Notes under the pieces: model-generated | Databases searched by the model: none | What the model was told of the DNA's origin: nothing | The model's input: the letters and a program-made list of their open reading frames with translations, nothing else | Translations under genes and position numbers: made by a program | Assembly: GCA_963726255.1 (NCBI GenBank) | Contig: CAVSBL010000002.1 | Span: 1,952,001 to 2,016,000, forward strand | DNA from: Candidatus Bathyarchaeota archaeon | Lineage (GTDB): Archaea; Thermoproteota; Bathyarchaeia; 40CM-2-53-6 | Reading direction: 5' to 3' | DNA: 64,000 nucleotides | Shown here: piece after piece, positions 48,867 to 58,625 of the stretch | Position numbering within the stretch: position 1 is the stretch's first letter | Layout of the letters: the number at the start of each line of letters is the position of its first letter

Positions 48867-49472
48867 TTGTCGAGGCAGGCGCCGAGCAGTTACATGAAAC
48901 AGCCGCCGACAAAGAAGCAAGTTTTGCGGCTAATCGAATCCTGTGACAGTCCAGGGGCTAGATTGGCGGTCGCGCTGGCAGCCTTCTCTGGGCTAGACCC
49001 GGGGCAGATCAGAGCGCTTGTCTTTCAGAATCTGGTGGAGTTTTCGACGGCGCGGAAGCAGTTCTCGCAGGTGCCCGCCAGGATCGAGTTGTGGAATCAT
49101 CGTTCACCTCTCAGGAGGAAGTACTACACTTTCTTGTCGACGCATGGGTGTCGATACGCGCTCGATGAGTTGAAGGCGAGAAATCAGACTCTTTCCACGG
49201 GCTCACCGGTAGTTCCCCCGCAAGCGTTCAAGGAGGCAGATCGGGCGCTTCACGATGCGGCAATGAAATGGCACGTGCTGCGAGACTTCTTCGCTTCGTC
49301 GTTTCTTCGACGCTTCGTAACGTTGGGCACGTCTTCAATCGATCTCCGTTTCAAATTCGGTCATGCGGTCAAGGAGGATGATCTGACTCATGTGTGGCAG
49401 TTCTTCAATCCAGACAGGATTGAGTGGATGAGAGACAGGTACACTCAAGTCGAGAAGCAGTTCTTCATTTGA
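48867..49472 (+). pseudogene. Truncated/degenerate tyrosine recombinase (catalytic domain only)
   Basis: AFSGLD, YYTFLS (shared with the main integrase), HVLRDFFAS, KFGH; no N-terminal domain and no clear catalytic Tyr. Confidence 0.65.
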
Positions 49473-50323
49473 GTCGAACCTTGAAAACCCCGACATTGCC
49501 CTCGACTCGCATCTACGTAGTCGCATTTCACGCGGCGCCTGTCAGCACGACCGCGACCTTGGCAGGAAACGAGTGGCCTTACGACAACGGTGACGATCCT
49601 TCGTTCCGCGCCATGCGAAAGTTCAGTGGGCAATTGACTTGGGGAGTATGCCGACAGGACGTCAGGAATGCGATTAGGGAGGGCGACGTCGCAGTCTTCT
49701 TTTCGTTTCGCAAATGCAGCAAAAATGGAGAAGCGGATTATCGTTTCTGCAGCGTCGCTACCGTCCGGCGAAAGGTGAGCCAGTCTGACATCTGGCAAAA
49801 AGAAAGTTTGAGGGTATTCAGAAAGTATTGCAACCTCTTGATCCGACCTCCGAAATCAAAGGAAATTTGGAAATATTTTGAACCGAGTTTCCAAGGCGCG
49901 CGTCCCCACGAGGACTGGCTTTGGCGAATCGCCGATCACGACGGTCTAAGAAAGAAGGACTTCAGGAATATCGAGAAGACTAACCGTTTCAAACAAGGTA
50001 CCCATATGGGGGATTTCTTGGTTGAAATTGCCCCAAATTACGTTATCTTTTCTTCAGACCCCACCAAAACGGTTACTCTCTCCAATCCCCCTGTAGTAGC
50101 CAGCCACATCAAAGGCCAACAGCACGAGAATTGGAAAAAGGACGACTTGAGTAAAGAAATCAAGAGGCTCACCCTCGAAGAGAGCGAGCGTGTCAATGGC
50201 ACAAGGAGGTGGCTCCGAACGACTAACCTCTATAACCCTCACCGTCAGATTGTCTTTGAACTACCGAAACGTGTTGCGGAGAAATGGCGGGCGCGCCTTT
50301 TGCGATGCGTTAGAACACGATGA
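49469..50323 (+). CDS. Nmad2-like (nucleotide modification associated) protein
   Basis: YDNGDDPSF...LTWGVCRQDVRNAIREGD resembles the D.G..P...T...C...IR....GD pattern; TTG overlaps the upstream TGA. Confidence 0.55.
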   Translation: MSRTLKTPTLPSTRIYVVAFHAAPVSTTATLAGNEWPYDNGDDPSFRAMRKFSGQLTWGVCRQDVRNAIREGDVAVFFSFRKCSKNGEADYRFCSVATVRRKVSQSDIWQKESLRVFRKYCNLLIRPPKSKEIWKYFEPSFQGARPHEDWLWRIADHDGLRKKDFRNIEKTNRFKQGTHMGDFLVEIAPNYVIFSSDPTKTVTLSNPPVVASHIKGQQHENWKKDDLSKEIKRLTLEESERVNGTRRWLRTTNLYNPHRQIVFELPKRVAEKWRARLLRCVRTR

Positions 50324-50377
50324 TTTATCCATGCCGATAGTGCCAATCAGACAAGTAATTAAATTGGAGGCATCGGA

Positions 50378-50923
50378 ATGTCTCAAATCGAAATAAAGAA
50401 AACGATTCAGCGACTCGAAACTTTTCCCTTTAGAATACGGCAGGAATACTATGATTGGTGCATCCCAGCAAACATTGAAGCAGTAACGAAATATTATCAA
50501 CCCGATTCAAACGTAACACAGGGCTATCTCGTTACTCAGTTTGGCGATATGCCGCACATAGGATTCGAATCCATTAAGACCAAAGTTCTAGACGTGGACA
50601 AGAACTTCTCTTGGGCTAGAATAATGTATTTCAAGGATTCCGATTTCAATCAATCATTTGACAAATTCGCTGATTTCGTTCAGAAATGTGTGGACGACAG
50701 TACGCCGCCAATGATTTCGGTACCTGCCGGTGGAGGATCGTGGCATATTCTAACGGTGGTTGGGTACGGTGACGAACATTTCTTGGTCTACAACCCAGCC
50801 CCGCATATCATAACAAGCCAAGTGCCAATCTCGAAAGGTGGGATACAAACCGCACTCGGGGCAGCCAAGAACCTTCAAGAGGCTGCAACCGACAGTCTCG
50901 TATTAAGTCGCAAGAGTGGCTAG
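50378..50923 (+). CDS. Papain-fold C39-like peptidase
   Basis: Q...WCIPA (Cys), WHILTVVGY (His), VYNPA. Confidence 0.6.
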   Translation: MSQIEIKKTIQRLETFPFRIRQEYYDWCIPANIEAVTKYYQPDSNVTQGYLVTQFGDMPHIGFESIKTKVLDVDKNFSWARIMYFKDSDFNQSFDKFADFVQKCVDDSTPPMISVPAGGGSWHILTVVGYGDEHFLVYNPAPHIITSQVPISKGGIQTALGAAKNLQEAATDSLVLSRKSG

Positions 50924-51073
50924 AAATTTAGACAAAACCAGAGAGACAGACAAAAGCTGCGGTTATCTCGAAACCCTGCGAGAATCGTCGTTGATTTTCC
51001 AGATGAAATTCTGGGGTCTAAAGAGCCTCGCAGCCTCAAATATCAGAAACCCCGCTTCAACATCAAGTAGCGG

Positions 51074-51346
51074 ATGGTGCCGATGCCCGACGATTACGAG
51101 TTCGGTGAGGACGAGATAGAGACGGCTTTCCTGAGGGCGGGAGGACACTGTGAGTGTTGCGATAAGGAACTTGTCTGGGAGCGAAGTCGCGCGAACCCAG
51201 GACGAGGCAGTTGGGAGGCACATCACGGTAATCGTGACTCTCCCGTAATCCTATGTACCGGAGGAGTTGAGAACTGCCATCTTAACTGCGGTCACAATGG
51301 AGACTTTCGCAATCCGGGCATCACGCCACGTCACAGGAGCGCCTAA
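51074..51346 (+). CDS. Small HNH-endonuclease-like protein
   Basis: RAGGHCECC...WEAHH...ILC...NCH. Confidence 0.6.
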   Translation: MVPMPDDYEFGEDEIETAFLRAGGHCECCDKELVWERSRANPGRGSWEAHHGNRDSPVILCTGGVENCHLNCGHNGDFRNPGITPRHRSA

Positions 51347-51402
51347 GCTCTTTCTCGGCAATCCTTGAATCGTCAGCAAATACGCAGGCCATGCCTGCTT
51401 AT

Positions 51403-51452
51403 TGATTGTACCCACGATATTGGTGGGTACAAATCCCACCGGCCCCACCACT
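51403..51452 (+). repeat. attR-side repeat with inverted arm
   Basis: TGATTGTACCCACGA, palindromic core TGTACCCAC-GATATTG-GTGGGTACA, then ...ATCCCACCGGCCCCACCACT. Confidence 0.88.
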
Positions 51453-51576
51453 TTAGTGGATCGGATTGAAACGAATATGGACGGCCATGGACTAATTCGT
51501 TTTCTTTAGGTTTGCGTTGTCTTCATCGAATGATACTTGTAATTGTGCAAGTACAGCATCTTTAGTTCTCTGCTCG

Positions 51577-51819
51577 TCATGTTAGTCGCTCCTCAAGAGG
51601 CCGGGAGTGGTAATCTGCAGATTCGTGGTTTTCCTCCTTGACTCGTAGGCGAATTAGCTCTGGTGTAACTGTGAGAAGGCCTTTCTCGTCAAGATAGAGT
51701 TGGACTTCTCCAATCGCCTGCTTGAGGATAGATGGAAAATCGAACATATCGTAATAGTGCGCTAAGATTCCACCCAAGTCGAATAGAATTGTGTTCCTCA
51801 ACTTAATGACCAAACTCAT
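51577..51819 (-). pseudogene. Truncated HAD-family hydrolase
   Basis: TILFDLGG HAD motif I only; ends after 80 aa, just outside attR. Confidence 0.55.
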
Positions 51820-51821
51820 CT

Positions 51822-52385
51822 TTAATGAACGGTTAGAGTTGCAAGTGTCATTAGTGCGCCTGCTGTGATCGGCATTGTGAGATTGTCATCGGGCATGTCG
51901 AGAATCTCCATGAGCATGGCCGATGTTGAGCCAACAAAGGCTACGAATGGAGAGACGATCACAACCGATAGGAGTAGGGAGACCATTAATCCTGCTATTG
52001 AGCCTTCCAGCGTTTTCTTGCGCGTAATATGCTTACGACCAAATTTTCCCCCGACGTAGGCGGCGACAGGGTCGCCGACGGCAACGATAGCTATTGACGC
52101 GTAGGCAATCATCTTGGGAAAAAGAAACAATGCAAGAATGATTCCTACTGCGAGGTATAACGGTCTAACCACGAAATGCGTCGTTTCGTTAGGACGGCTC
52201 ATCCTCAACGTGAATGCTGTGATTATCGGCAATCGATGGCCTTTAAGTCGCAGCACTTCCTCCAGAGCGTAAATAATCGTAATTATGATCAGTGCTATCA
52301 GAATCACAGCCTTGGAGGTTATTTCAGCAAGGACGGGGGCCAGTAAGGCTAAGAGATGAACGACTTTCCGCAAGTTTTCAGTCAA
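51822..52385 (-). CDS. Dolichol/phytol kinase-like membrane protein (SEC59/DGK1/VTE5)
   Basis: RKVVH, GDPVAAYVG, KKTLEGS, DDNLTMP. Confidence 0.85.
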   Translation of the reverse strand: MTENLRKVVHLLALLAPVLAEITSKAVILIALIIITIIYALEEVLRLKGHRLPIITAFTLRMSRPNETTHFVVRPLYLAVGIILALFLFPKMIAYASIAIVAVGDPVAAYVGGKFGRKHITRKKTLEGSIAGLMVSLLLSVVIVSPFVAFVGSTSAMLMEILDMPDDNLTMPITAGALMTLATLTVH

Positions 52386-52413
52386 GATGTGTACTCTCTT
52401 CGCTTTGAGCCTC

Positions 52414-52998
52414 TCAGAGAACTGCGAAGTAAATTATGAGTTGCAGCCATGTCGTGGCTACAGTCAACAATGCTCCAGCGAGAACCTGCTCTGTCGTATG
52501 CCCCCTCAATTTTATTCTCGCCCATCCAACAGGAACAAGGAGACTAAGGAAAATAGCCGCCCAGATTCCCAGACCATATATCAAAACAGTCACAGGGCCT
52601 GCAATGCCTGAGGCATGAACGCTGATCTTCCATCGGAGAGTTATGAGCATCATTATCAGAGTGTTGCCAGCATAACAGAGCATCAAAGCTGTAACTATTG
52701 TAGGCGCTCTCAGCAGCAATAACGAAACACTACCAACAAGGTAGCTCGATATTGCTCCTTCGAAGACTTTTGCTCGTTCTTTTTTCTCCGAGACGTAGAA
52801 ATCCGATATTAGGCCGCGCTCTGAAAGTACATAGATAATCGCAAGCGGGACCAAAGTTCCAAATGTGAAACATATTCCCATCAGTACGAGAAAGTTCTGC
52901 GTGTTTTCCCGGTACAAGAGGATGAGGAACGTGAATGCCGCTATTACTGCCGGGTTAAACGCCAAAGAAACTATTGAGGCTGTGTTTTCGGATGTCAT
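52414..52998 (-). CDS. PAP2-family membrane phosphatase-like protein
   Basis: WKISVH, WARIKLRGHT..QV.AG. Confidence 0.75.
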   Translation of the reverse strand: MTSENTASIVSLAFNPAVIAAFTFLILLYRENTQNFLVLMGICFTFGTLVPLAIIYVLSERGLISDFYVSEKKERAKVFEGAISSYLVGSVSLLLLRAPTIVTALMLCYAGNTLIMMLITLRWKISVHASGIAGPVTVLIYGLGIWAAIFLSLLVPVGWARIKLRGHTTEQVLAGALLTVATTWLQLIIYFAVL

Positions 52999-53021
52999 AA
53001 AGAAACTCGGGTCTTGTCATT

Positions 53022-54170
53022 TTAGTGCTTCTTTCTTCGCGAGAAATCTCTTTGCGGGGATAATGCGTCGAAAAGGTAAGTTTCGAGGTGGGGGGTGCCT
53101 CGTGCAATGTGGTGAGCCATGTTTCTGGCGATGCCGGAGCCCATCATGAAACCCTGGCCGCATAAGCCGGCTGCAATGTAGAAGCCGCTCACGTTGGGGG
53201 CTTCTCCGATTATTGGCAACCCGTCAGGTGTCATGGGGTAGAGTCCCCGCCATAGCCTGCGGATGACGAGATGTTTGAACCTGGGAATCAATTCCAGCAG
53301 CCTTTTCGCAATAATGGGGAGAAACTGTGACGTGCCTCGCCTGTCCTCGCCTGGAATTATGGGGAATGGGGTGTAACAGAAGATCACGGAGCCGTCATGT
53401 GTCTGTCCGAAGTAGAAGTTGGCGCTCTTTCCATCAGGCCCCGGTCGTATATCAACCACCAGGGGGTCTAGGAATTGGCTCACTGGCATCGATATTCCTG
53501 CTTCATGGGAATCAGGAGATACAGGAACAGGCACGTTAACGGTGGCAGCGATTTGGCTTGCCCGGGAGCCAGCTGCGTTCAGAACGTAATCCGCTGGAAT
53601 AATTCCCTTGTCGGTTTTCAATCCGACTACTCGATCGTTTTCCACAAGTATTTGTTCGACGTTTTCCCCCAGCCGAAACTCAACTCCCAACTTCTTGCAT
53701 TCCTCGGTGAGCGATGAAGCGAAGAGCAGCGGCGAAGCTTGCCCATCTTCAATTGAGAGTGTTCCGCCTCTCAGTCCGTCACCATTTATTCCCGGGATGA
53801 CTTTCTTGATGCCATCAGCGTCTAGCCAGTCGATTTTCAAACCGTACTTGTGCTGTATCGGAAACATGCCCTTCAGTAGACTTTCGTCCTGTTCGCGGTA
53901 GACTGGGAAGCAGTATCCCCCCATCTTCCAGCCAATCTCAGTACCCGTTTTCTCCTTCCACGTTGAGAATATCTTTAGGCTGTCTTTGCAGATGGCTATC
54001 TTGGCTGGTTCTGAATGTGTTGCCCTAATTCCGCCGATTGCTGCCTTGAAGCTTCCTTGCGCGGGGGCAGGCTCCATATCGACTACTGTAACCTGCATGC
54101 CTTCTTGGGCTAGGAAGTAGGCCGACGGCAGTCCTACTGCTCCGGCTCCAATCACTACTATGTCCGTCAC
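53022..54170 (-). CDS. FAD-dependent oxidoreductase (DAO family; sarcosine oxidase beta / proline dehydrogenase-like)
   Basis: VVIGAGAVG, WRGLYPMTPDGLPIIG, GQGFM; GTG start overlaps the upstream TGA. Confidence 0.88.
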   Translation of the reverse strand: MTDIVVIGAGAVGLPSAYFLAQEGMQVTVVDMEPAPAQGSFKAAIGGIRATHSEPAKIAICKDSLKIFSTWKEKTGTEIGWKMGGYCFPVYREQDESLLKGMFPIQHKYGLKIDWLDADGIKKVIPGINGDGLRGGTLSIEDGQASPLLFASSLTEECKKLGVEFRLGENVEQILVENDRVVGLKTDKGIIPADYVLNAAGSRASQIAATVNVPVPVSPDSHEAGISMPVSQFLDPLVVDIRPGPDGKSANFYFGQTHDGSVIFCYTPFPIIPGEDRRGTSQFLPIIAKRLLELIPRFKHLVIRRLWRGLYPMTPDGLPIIGEAPNVSGFYIAAGLCGQGFMMGSGIARNMAHHIARGTPHLETYLFDALSPQRDFSRRKKH

Positions 54171-56275
54171 GTTCGTTCCTCCCGGAGAAGGGCTGTTAAC
54201 GGGACTTCCATCGTGAACGGTCGCTTCACATATCCAGTCACGGAATCCAGTGGGATGCCTTGTTCCTGGAAAACTTGCTTGACCAGATTTTCGCAGGTCT
54301 TCCCGTTGCATGCACCCATGCCGCAACGGGTGGCGGCCTTGATGGCGTTCAGGTCTCTGATGCCCAACTCTACTAGCTTAGTGATCTGCTTCTTGCTTAC
54401 TCGTTCGCAAAGGCATACCATTATCTCATCATTCGCCCAGCCGTATTCTGGTGTGACAGGCAATCCTTGTTCTGGCGATTGGATTCTGATGCCTGCAACT
54501 TTTGTTGCAAGCTTCGAATCCACTTCGACCTGCACCATTCTCCTTTTGTCCATCCACTTGAGAGTTCGAACATGTCGCACGGTTCCGACGCCAACATCTT
54601 CACCTTCGAAGCCGGTGAGCGTGACTTCGTTTCCAATTCTCACGGTGTTGTCGTCGAGCTCCCAAGGGATCCAGACCTGCGCCTTCTTCCCTGTTGAATC
54701 GAACCTTCTGTCAACTACAGTGATGGCTAAGCCCGGGCACACGACAGCGCACTTCAAGCATCCAACGCATTCCTGATCCCAGCGGGGAAGGGACATGATG
54801 CTTTCACCTTCCAACTGAACCCAACCTTTGGGGCAGGCTTCGACGCAGGGGTTACAGGGAATCTCTTGCACGCACCGAATTACCGGAAAGACCTTTGCCG
54901 CATCGTAGTCAGCTTCTTTCAATTCATGAATTTGGCCAGGCTTGCCTCGTAGGACCTCAAGCATCCTCAGCCATTCCGGTGGGATAGTGGATTCTCTTCC
55001 CATGTCTTGGAGCATTCTTCTCGCGATAACCTTGCCAGAGAACATCGCGGCCGAAGCTTCAGCAATCAATTCAGCGTCACCCGCCTCGTAGGTTGGAATT
55101 CCCATCCGCCGGGCTTCTTGCGCCAATTCATTAACAGGGTTCAGGCCGACAGCGACTAGCACGGTGTCAACTTCGAATCTCCGTTCGGTTCCATGGAGCG
55201 GCTTGAATTTCTCATCAATCCGTGTGATCACAACCCCCTCAACACGGCCGTTTCCATAGGCTTTGGTTACAGTGTGCGAGGTGTAGACGGGAACTCCAAG
55301 CCTCTTGATTTTGTCTAGGTGAACCTTGTACCCGCCAACCTTCGGCAATGCCTCCACTAAGCCGACAACATGAATGCCCGCTTGCATGGCATGGTACGCG
55401 GCGATTAAGCCAACATTGCCACCGCCAATGATGAACACTCGGCTTGAAGGCTTGACAAGGTCCCTGTTCACGATAGTCTGGAAGGCGCCTGCGCCGAAAA
55501 CCCCTGGCAGGTCGTGCCCTGGAAATGCCAGAACCTTCTCTCTTGCTCCGGTAGCCGACAAGAATTGTTTTGGTTTAACAAGATGGTATTTCCCGTTACG
55601 GAGCACTGCAATCTTGCCGTCAGAGAAAACTCCCACCACTGGCGAGTCTAACCAGACTTGCACATTCTTGATTTCCGCTAATTCCGCCGCGAGCTGCTTT
55701 GCTATGTTGATGCCTCTCGTTCCGGCACGGCATTCACGTACGGACCCGAAGAAGTTGTGAGTTTGGAGGGTGAGTTTTCCGCCTATCTCATGTTTGTCGT
55801 CGCAAACAATCACATCGACTCCGCTCTTGCCGAGTTCGAGGGCTGCGTTGAGTCCAGCGGGGCCTGCCCCCGCTATCAGGACATCCACCGAAATTTCTGG
55901 AACCTCGACAGGTCTCGCTGGAGTATCGTCGTCTAATAGTTTGGGTAACCCGTCGACCGCGCGAACGTCCATTCCTTGATGGACCGGGGTAATGCATGCT
56001 TTCACTGGAATACCATCGGCTATAACTAGGCAGTGCGAACACTGTCCGTTGGCGCAGAAAATTCCTTGAGGCGCACCATCCTTGTGATGATGCCCGAAAC
56101 AATCTATCCCATGTGCGATTAACCCGGAAGATATCATCTCTCCGTCTTTGGCTGGAAGCGATTCTCCCTGCCAGCGAAAACTGATATCCCGTTTTTGTGG
56201 AACTTCCAGTATCGGATGTGAAGAAATTCGTCCGGCTGGAACGTCTGGATTCATGTGAAGATTCCACAGCACCAA
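54167..56275 (-). CDS. Fused 2Fe-2S / FAD-NAD oxidoreductase / 4Fe-4S / BFD-like protein (sarcosine oxidase alpha / PDH-like)
   Basis: FCANGQCSHC...KAC, GAGPAG, ATGA, GGGNVG, CNPCVEACP, CVGCLKCAVVCP, CLCE...CGMGACNGKTC. Confidence 0.88.
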   Translation of the reverse strand: MVLWNLHMNPDVPAGRISSHPILEVPQKRDISFRWQGESLPAKDGEMISSGLIAHGIDCFGHHHKDGAPQGIFCANGQCSHCLVIADGIPVKACITPVHQGMDVRAVDGLPKLLDDDTPARPVEVPEISVDVLIAGAGPAGLNAALELGKSGVDVIVCDDKHEIGGKLTLQTHNFFGSVRECRAGTRGINIAKQLAAELAEIKNVQVWLDSPVVGVFSDGKIAVLRNGKYHLVKPKQFLSATGAREKVLAFPGHDLPGVFGAGAFQTIVNRDLVKPSSRVFIIGGGNVGLIAAYHAMQAGIHVVGLVEALPKVGGYKVHLDKIKRLGVPVYTSHTVTKAYGNGRVEGVVITRIDEKFKPLHGTERRFEVDTVLVAVGLNPVNELAQEARRMGIPTYEAGDAELIAEASAAMFSGKVIARRMLQDMGRESTIPPEWLRMLEVLRGKPGQIHELKEADYDAAKVFPVIRCVQEIPCNPCVEACPKGWVQLEGESIMSLPRWDQECVGCLKCAVVCPGLAITVVDRRFDSTGKKAQVWIPWELDDNTVRIGNEVTLTGFEGEDVGVGTVRHVRTLKWMDKRRMVQVEVDSKLATKVAGIRIQSPEQGLPVTPEYGWANDEIMVCLCERVSKKQITKLVELGIRDLNAIKAATRCGMGACNGKTCENLVKQVFQEQGIPLDSVTGYVKRPFTMEVPLTALLREERT

Positions 56276-56378
56276 AGAAAACTTGGCCTATTCGACTAAC
56301 TAAAGATGAACAACCTATTCTATAGAGAGTTAGGCCGGACCTCAGCGTGGGCCCTTAGCGCTGAAAGGTCGTCCTGGT

Positions 56379-58451
56379 TCATCTTTGCTCTTGGGTCTTG
56401 CGTCGCCTCGCTATGGCTAGAGCCACACCAAGAATCAGTCCAACAACAATTGACTCCAAGGTGAACCCAGGGATTGGGGGCATCGCCTCAGGCACGGAAA
56501 CCAGAGTCGAATTAGATGTTGGCGATGTCGTACTGGTTGTTGAAGGCGTACTCGTCAGCGCAGAAGTTACGGCGCTCGATGTGCTAACCACGGTTGTCGG
56601 CTGTGTAACGGCTGTCGTCCAGGTAGAGGACGTTGGCGTAGTACTGCTGCTTGTTACAGTAGTTGTCTGTGTCAGGGATTGATCAACTGTGAAAGTAGCG
56701 ATGGCCGAATCTCCAACCTGAGTCCCAGTCACTTTGATCGCGTACATGGCGGCCGTCACGTTAGCAACCACAAATGAGCCAGTAATTGTACCAGCGGAGA
56801 TAGAGCATGCCGGTGACGAAATGGAACCACTACTGCCCGCTATCGTACATGCCGAGTTGGTTGAAGCGAAACCGGAACCGGACACGGTAACGGTGGCTCC
56901 AGCTTGCGCAGAATTGGGATTCACCGTGATGGATGGAGTCGAAGCGGTTAGTTGGAAGTTGACTGCCGCCGAATCGCCAGCAGGGCTGCCAGTAGCAGTA
57001 ACCCCATAAACTCCGGCTCCGGCGGTAGAAACAACAAAGGTACCCGTCAAAGTGCCGCCTGAGATTGTGCATGTGTAACTCGTGATCGAGCCGCCAGTCA
57101 AAGTGCAAGAGTTATCCGTTGGAGAAAATCCCGAGCCGGATACAGAAACGGTGGCTCCGGCTGATGCCGATGAAGGATTGAGCGTGATCGCGGAACCGAT
57201 AACCGTCAAAGTGGTAGAAGCAGAATCGCTTCCTGGGCTTCCTATGGTGGTAATCCAGTAAGAGCCTGCTCCAACGCCGCCGACAACGAACGACCCTGTC
57301 AACATGCCGTTGGAAATCGAACAGGTAGACGCGCCAACCGGGCTCCCTGAGAATGAGCAGCCTATGTCGCCTGTCAAGAACCCTGAACCGGAGACGTAAA
57401 CGGTCATCCCAGTAGAAGCTGAACTTGGGGTAAGCGCGATAGATGGATTGTTGACAATTGAGGTCGTTGTTTGGCTTGAACTTGTCGTGACGTGCGTTGA
57501 AGTTATGCTTGTTTGACCTGTTGAGGTAGTACTGGTTTGAGAGGAGGAGGCAGCAAAGTCTACTTTGGCGTTTACGCCGGTAAGCGTTACTGTCTTGGTG
57601 ATTGGGCCAAAGCCTAGGCCTGAAGCTGTTACCGTGATGGTTCCAGATGTGCCAATGGGGATAGCGTAGCCGCCTGATGATGATGAGACGGCGAAGTAAC
57701 CGCCTGCGCTGGTGGTTATCGTTACGCCAGCTATGCCTTCACCGATGTCGTAGAAATTGTTGTGACTCCTATCATTGTAGACGACGCCGAGCAGGAACGG
57801 GCCGGTGTTCCCCGTGGCCCCGAAATCCTCTGTGATAAAGTCTGCAGCGATACTGTTCGGAGTGTTCCCTGCGTAGTATCCGATTCCGACTTCGTAGTAG
57901 ACGCAGGGGGCATTAGTGCAAGGGTAGGGGGTGATGAGGTCTAGGAGGTTGACGCGGTGTGGGCGCCCAGCGTTGCCAGAATCAATCATCATCAGATCCT
58001 CTAGCTCTGTGGCGGGTGCACTTGTGCTCGCGGCCATGTTTTCACCCGCCCGTACGTAATCGTAACCTGCGTGTATCATGCGCTCGAACGGAGTTGTGCC
58101 GTTCGGGTCTGTGTGGGAGAAATAGTTCAGATTGTACATATCTCGGCTGTGCGCTTCGGCTATGCCCAGCAGCATCTTATTCATGGCGAGCGGCGGACGA
58201 GGGCCCACGAGACTTGGATTCGATAGACCCTCGTGTATATCAATACCGAGACGCTGGCCCTCAGCGATGGGATTCGCTCGAGCCCGGTTAATGTACTCCA
58301 GTACGAGTTGCTCCTCGGCGGTCGGGTTGCCGGAATCGTATAGTACGGCGCCCGTGACCTTGGGCGCAATAGGGCCTAGGGAGAGCGAAAATGTAACCGA
58401 CATTAGAAGAATGAAGGCAAGAGGAGTAGCAAATCTACGTTGAATGGACAT
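56379..58451 (-). CDS. Secreted/surface CAP (SCP) domain protein with Ig-like repeats and a PGF-type C-terminal anchor
   Basis: Signal peptide; INRAR, HSRDM..YFSH, GEN, HRVNLL; three ~85-aa repeats (VSGSGF...C...C.IS.G.LTGSFVV); S/T linker; IPGF-TM-RRRK. Confidence 0.85.
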   Translation of the reverse strand: MSIQRRFATPLAFILLMSVTFSLSLGPIAPKVTGAVLYDSGNPTAEEQLVLEYINRARANPIAEGQRLGIDIHEGLSNPSLVGPRPPLAMNKMLLGIAEAHSRDMYNLNYFSHTDPNGTTPFERMIHAGYDYVRAGENMAASTSAPATELEDLMMIDSGNAGRPHRVNLLDLITPYPCTNAPCVYYEVGIGYYAGNTPNSIAADFITEDFGATGNTGPFLLGVVYNDRSHNNFYDIGEGIAGVTITTSAGGYFAVSSSSGGYAIPIGTSGTITVTASGLGFGPITKTVTLTGVNAKVDFAASSSQTSTTSTGQTSITSTHVTTSSSQTTTSIVNNPSIALTPSSASTGMTVYVSGSGFLTGDIGCSFSGSPVGASTCSISNGMLTGSFVVGGVGAGSYWITTIGSPGSDSASTTLTVIGSAITLNPSSASAGATVSVSGSGFSPTDNSCTLTGGSITSYTCTISGGTLTGTFVVSTAGAGVYGVTATGSPAGDSAAVNFQLTASTPSITVNPNSAQAGATVTVSGSGFASTNSACTIAGSSGSISSPACSISAGTITGSFVVANVTAAMYAIKVTGTQVGDSAIATFTVDQSLTQTTTVTSSSTTPTSSTWTTAVTQPTTVVSTSSAVTSALTSTPSTTSTTSPTSNSTLVSVPEAMPPIPGFTLESIVVGLILGVALAIARRRKTQEQR

Positions 58452-58625
58452 GAGTCTGGTTCACCTCTCCCGGGGTCTACTATTCGAAACTGCTGTCGCA
58501 CGGCAACAATTTTCACGCGTCGATTCCTGCGTAAAAAGAATAGACCTTCCTACAAACAAGCCGAATGTAACAGTCATCGCTCCGATCGTTGAAAAATTAC
58601 AGGATCGTGTGTGAACCCGGAAGAG

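Larger units (their letters stand above)
15901..51452. mobile_element. ~35.5 kb integrative element / defence island
   Basis: 30-bp direct repeats (27/30) at both ends, 15-bp inverted arms inside the ends, tyrosine integrase next to the left end, defence and mobility cargo. Confidence 0.88.

Noticed and set aside
15265-51452. CRISPR array from the repeated 30-bp motif
   Set aside because: Only three copies, spaced 0.6 and 35 kb apart, tRNA-derived, and no cas genes
15901-51452. Provirus
   Set aside because: No recognisable capsid, terminase, portal or viral replication genes
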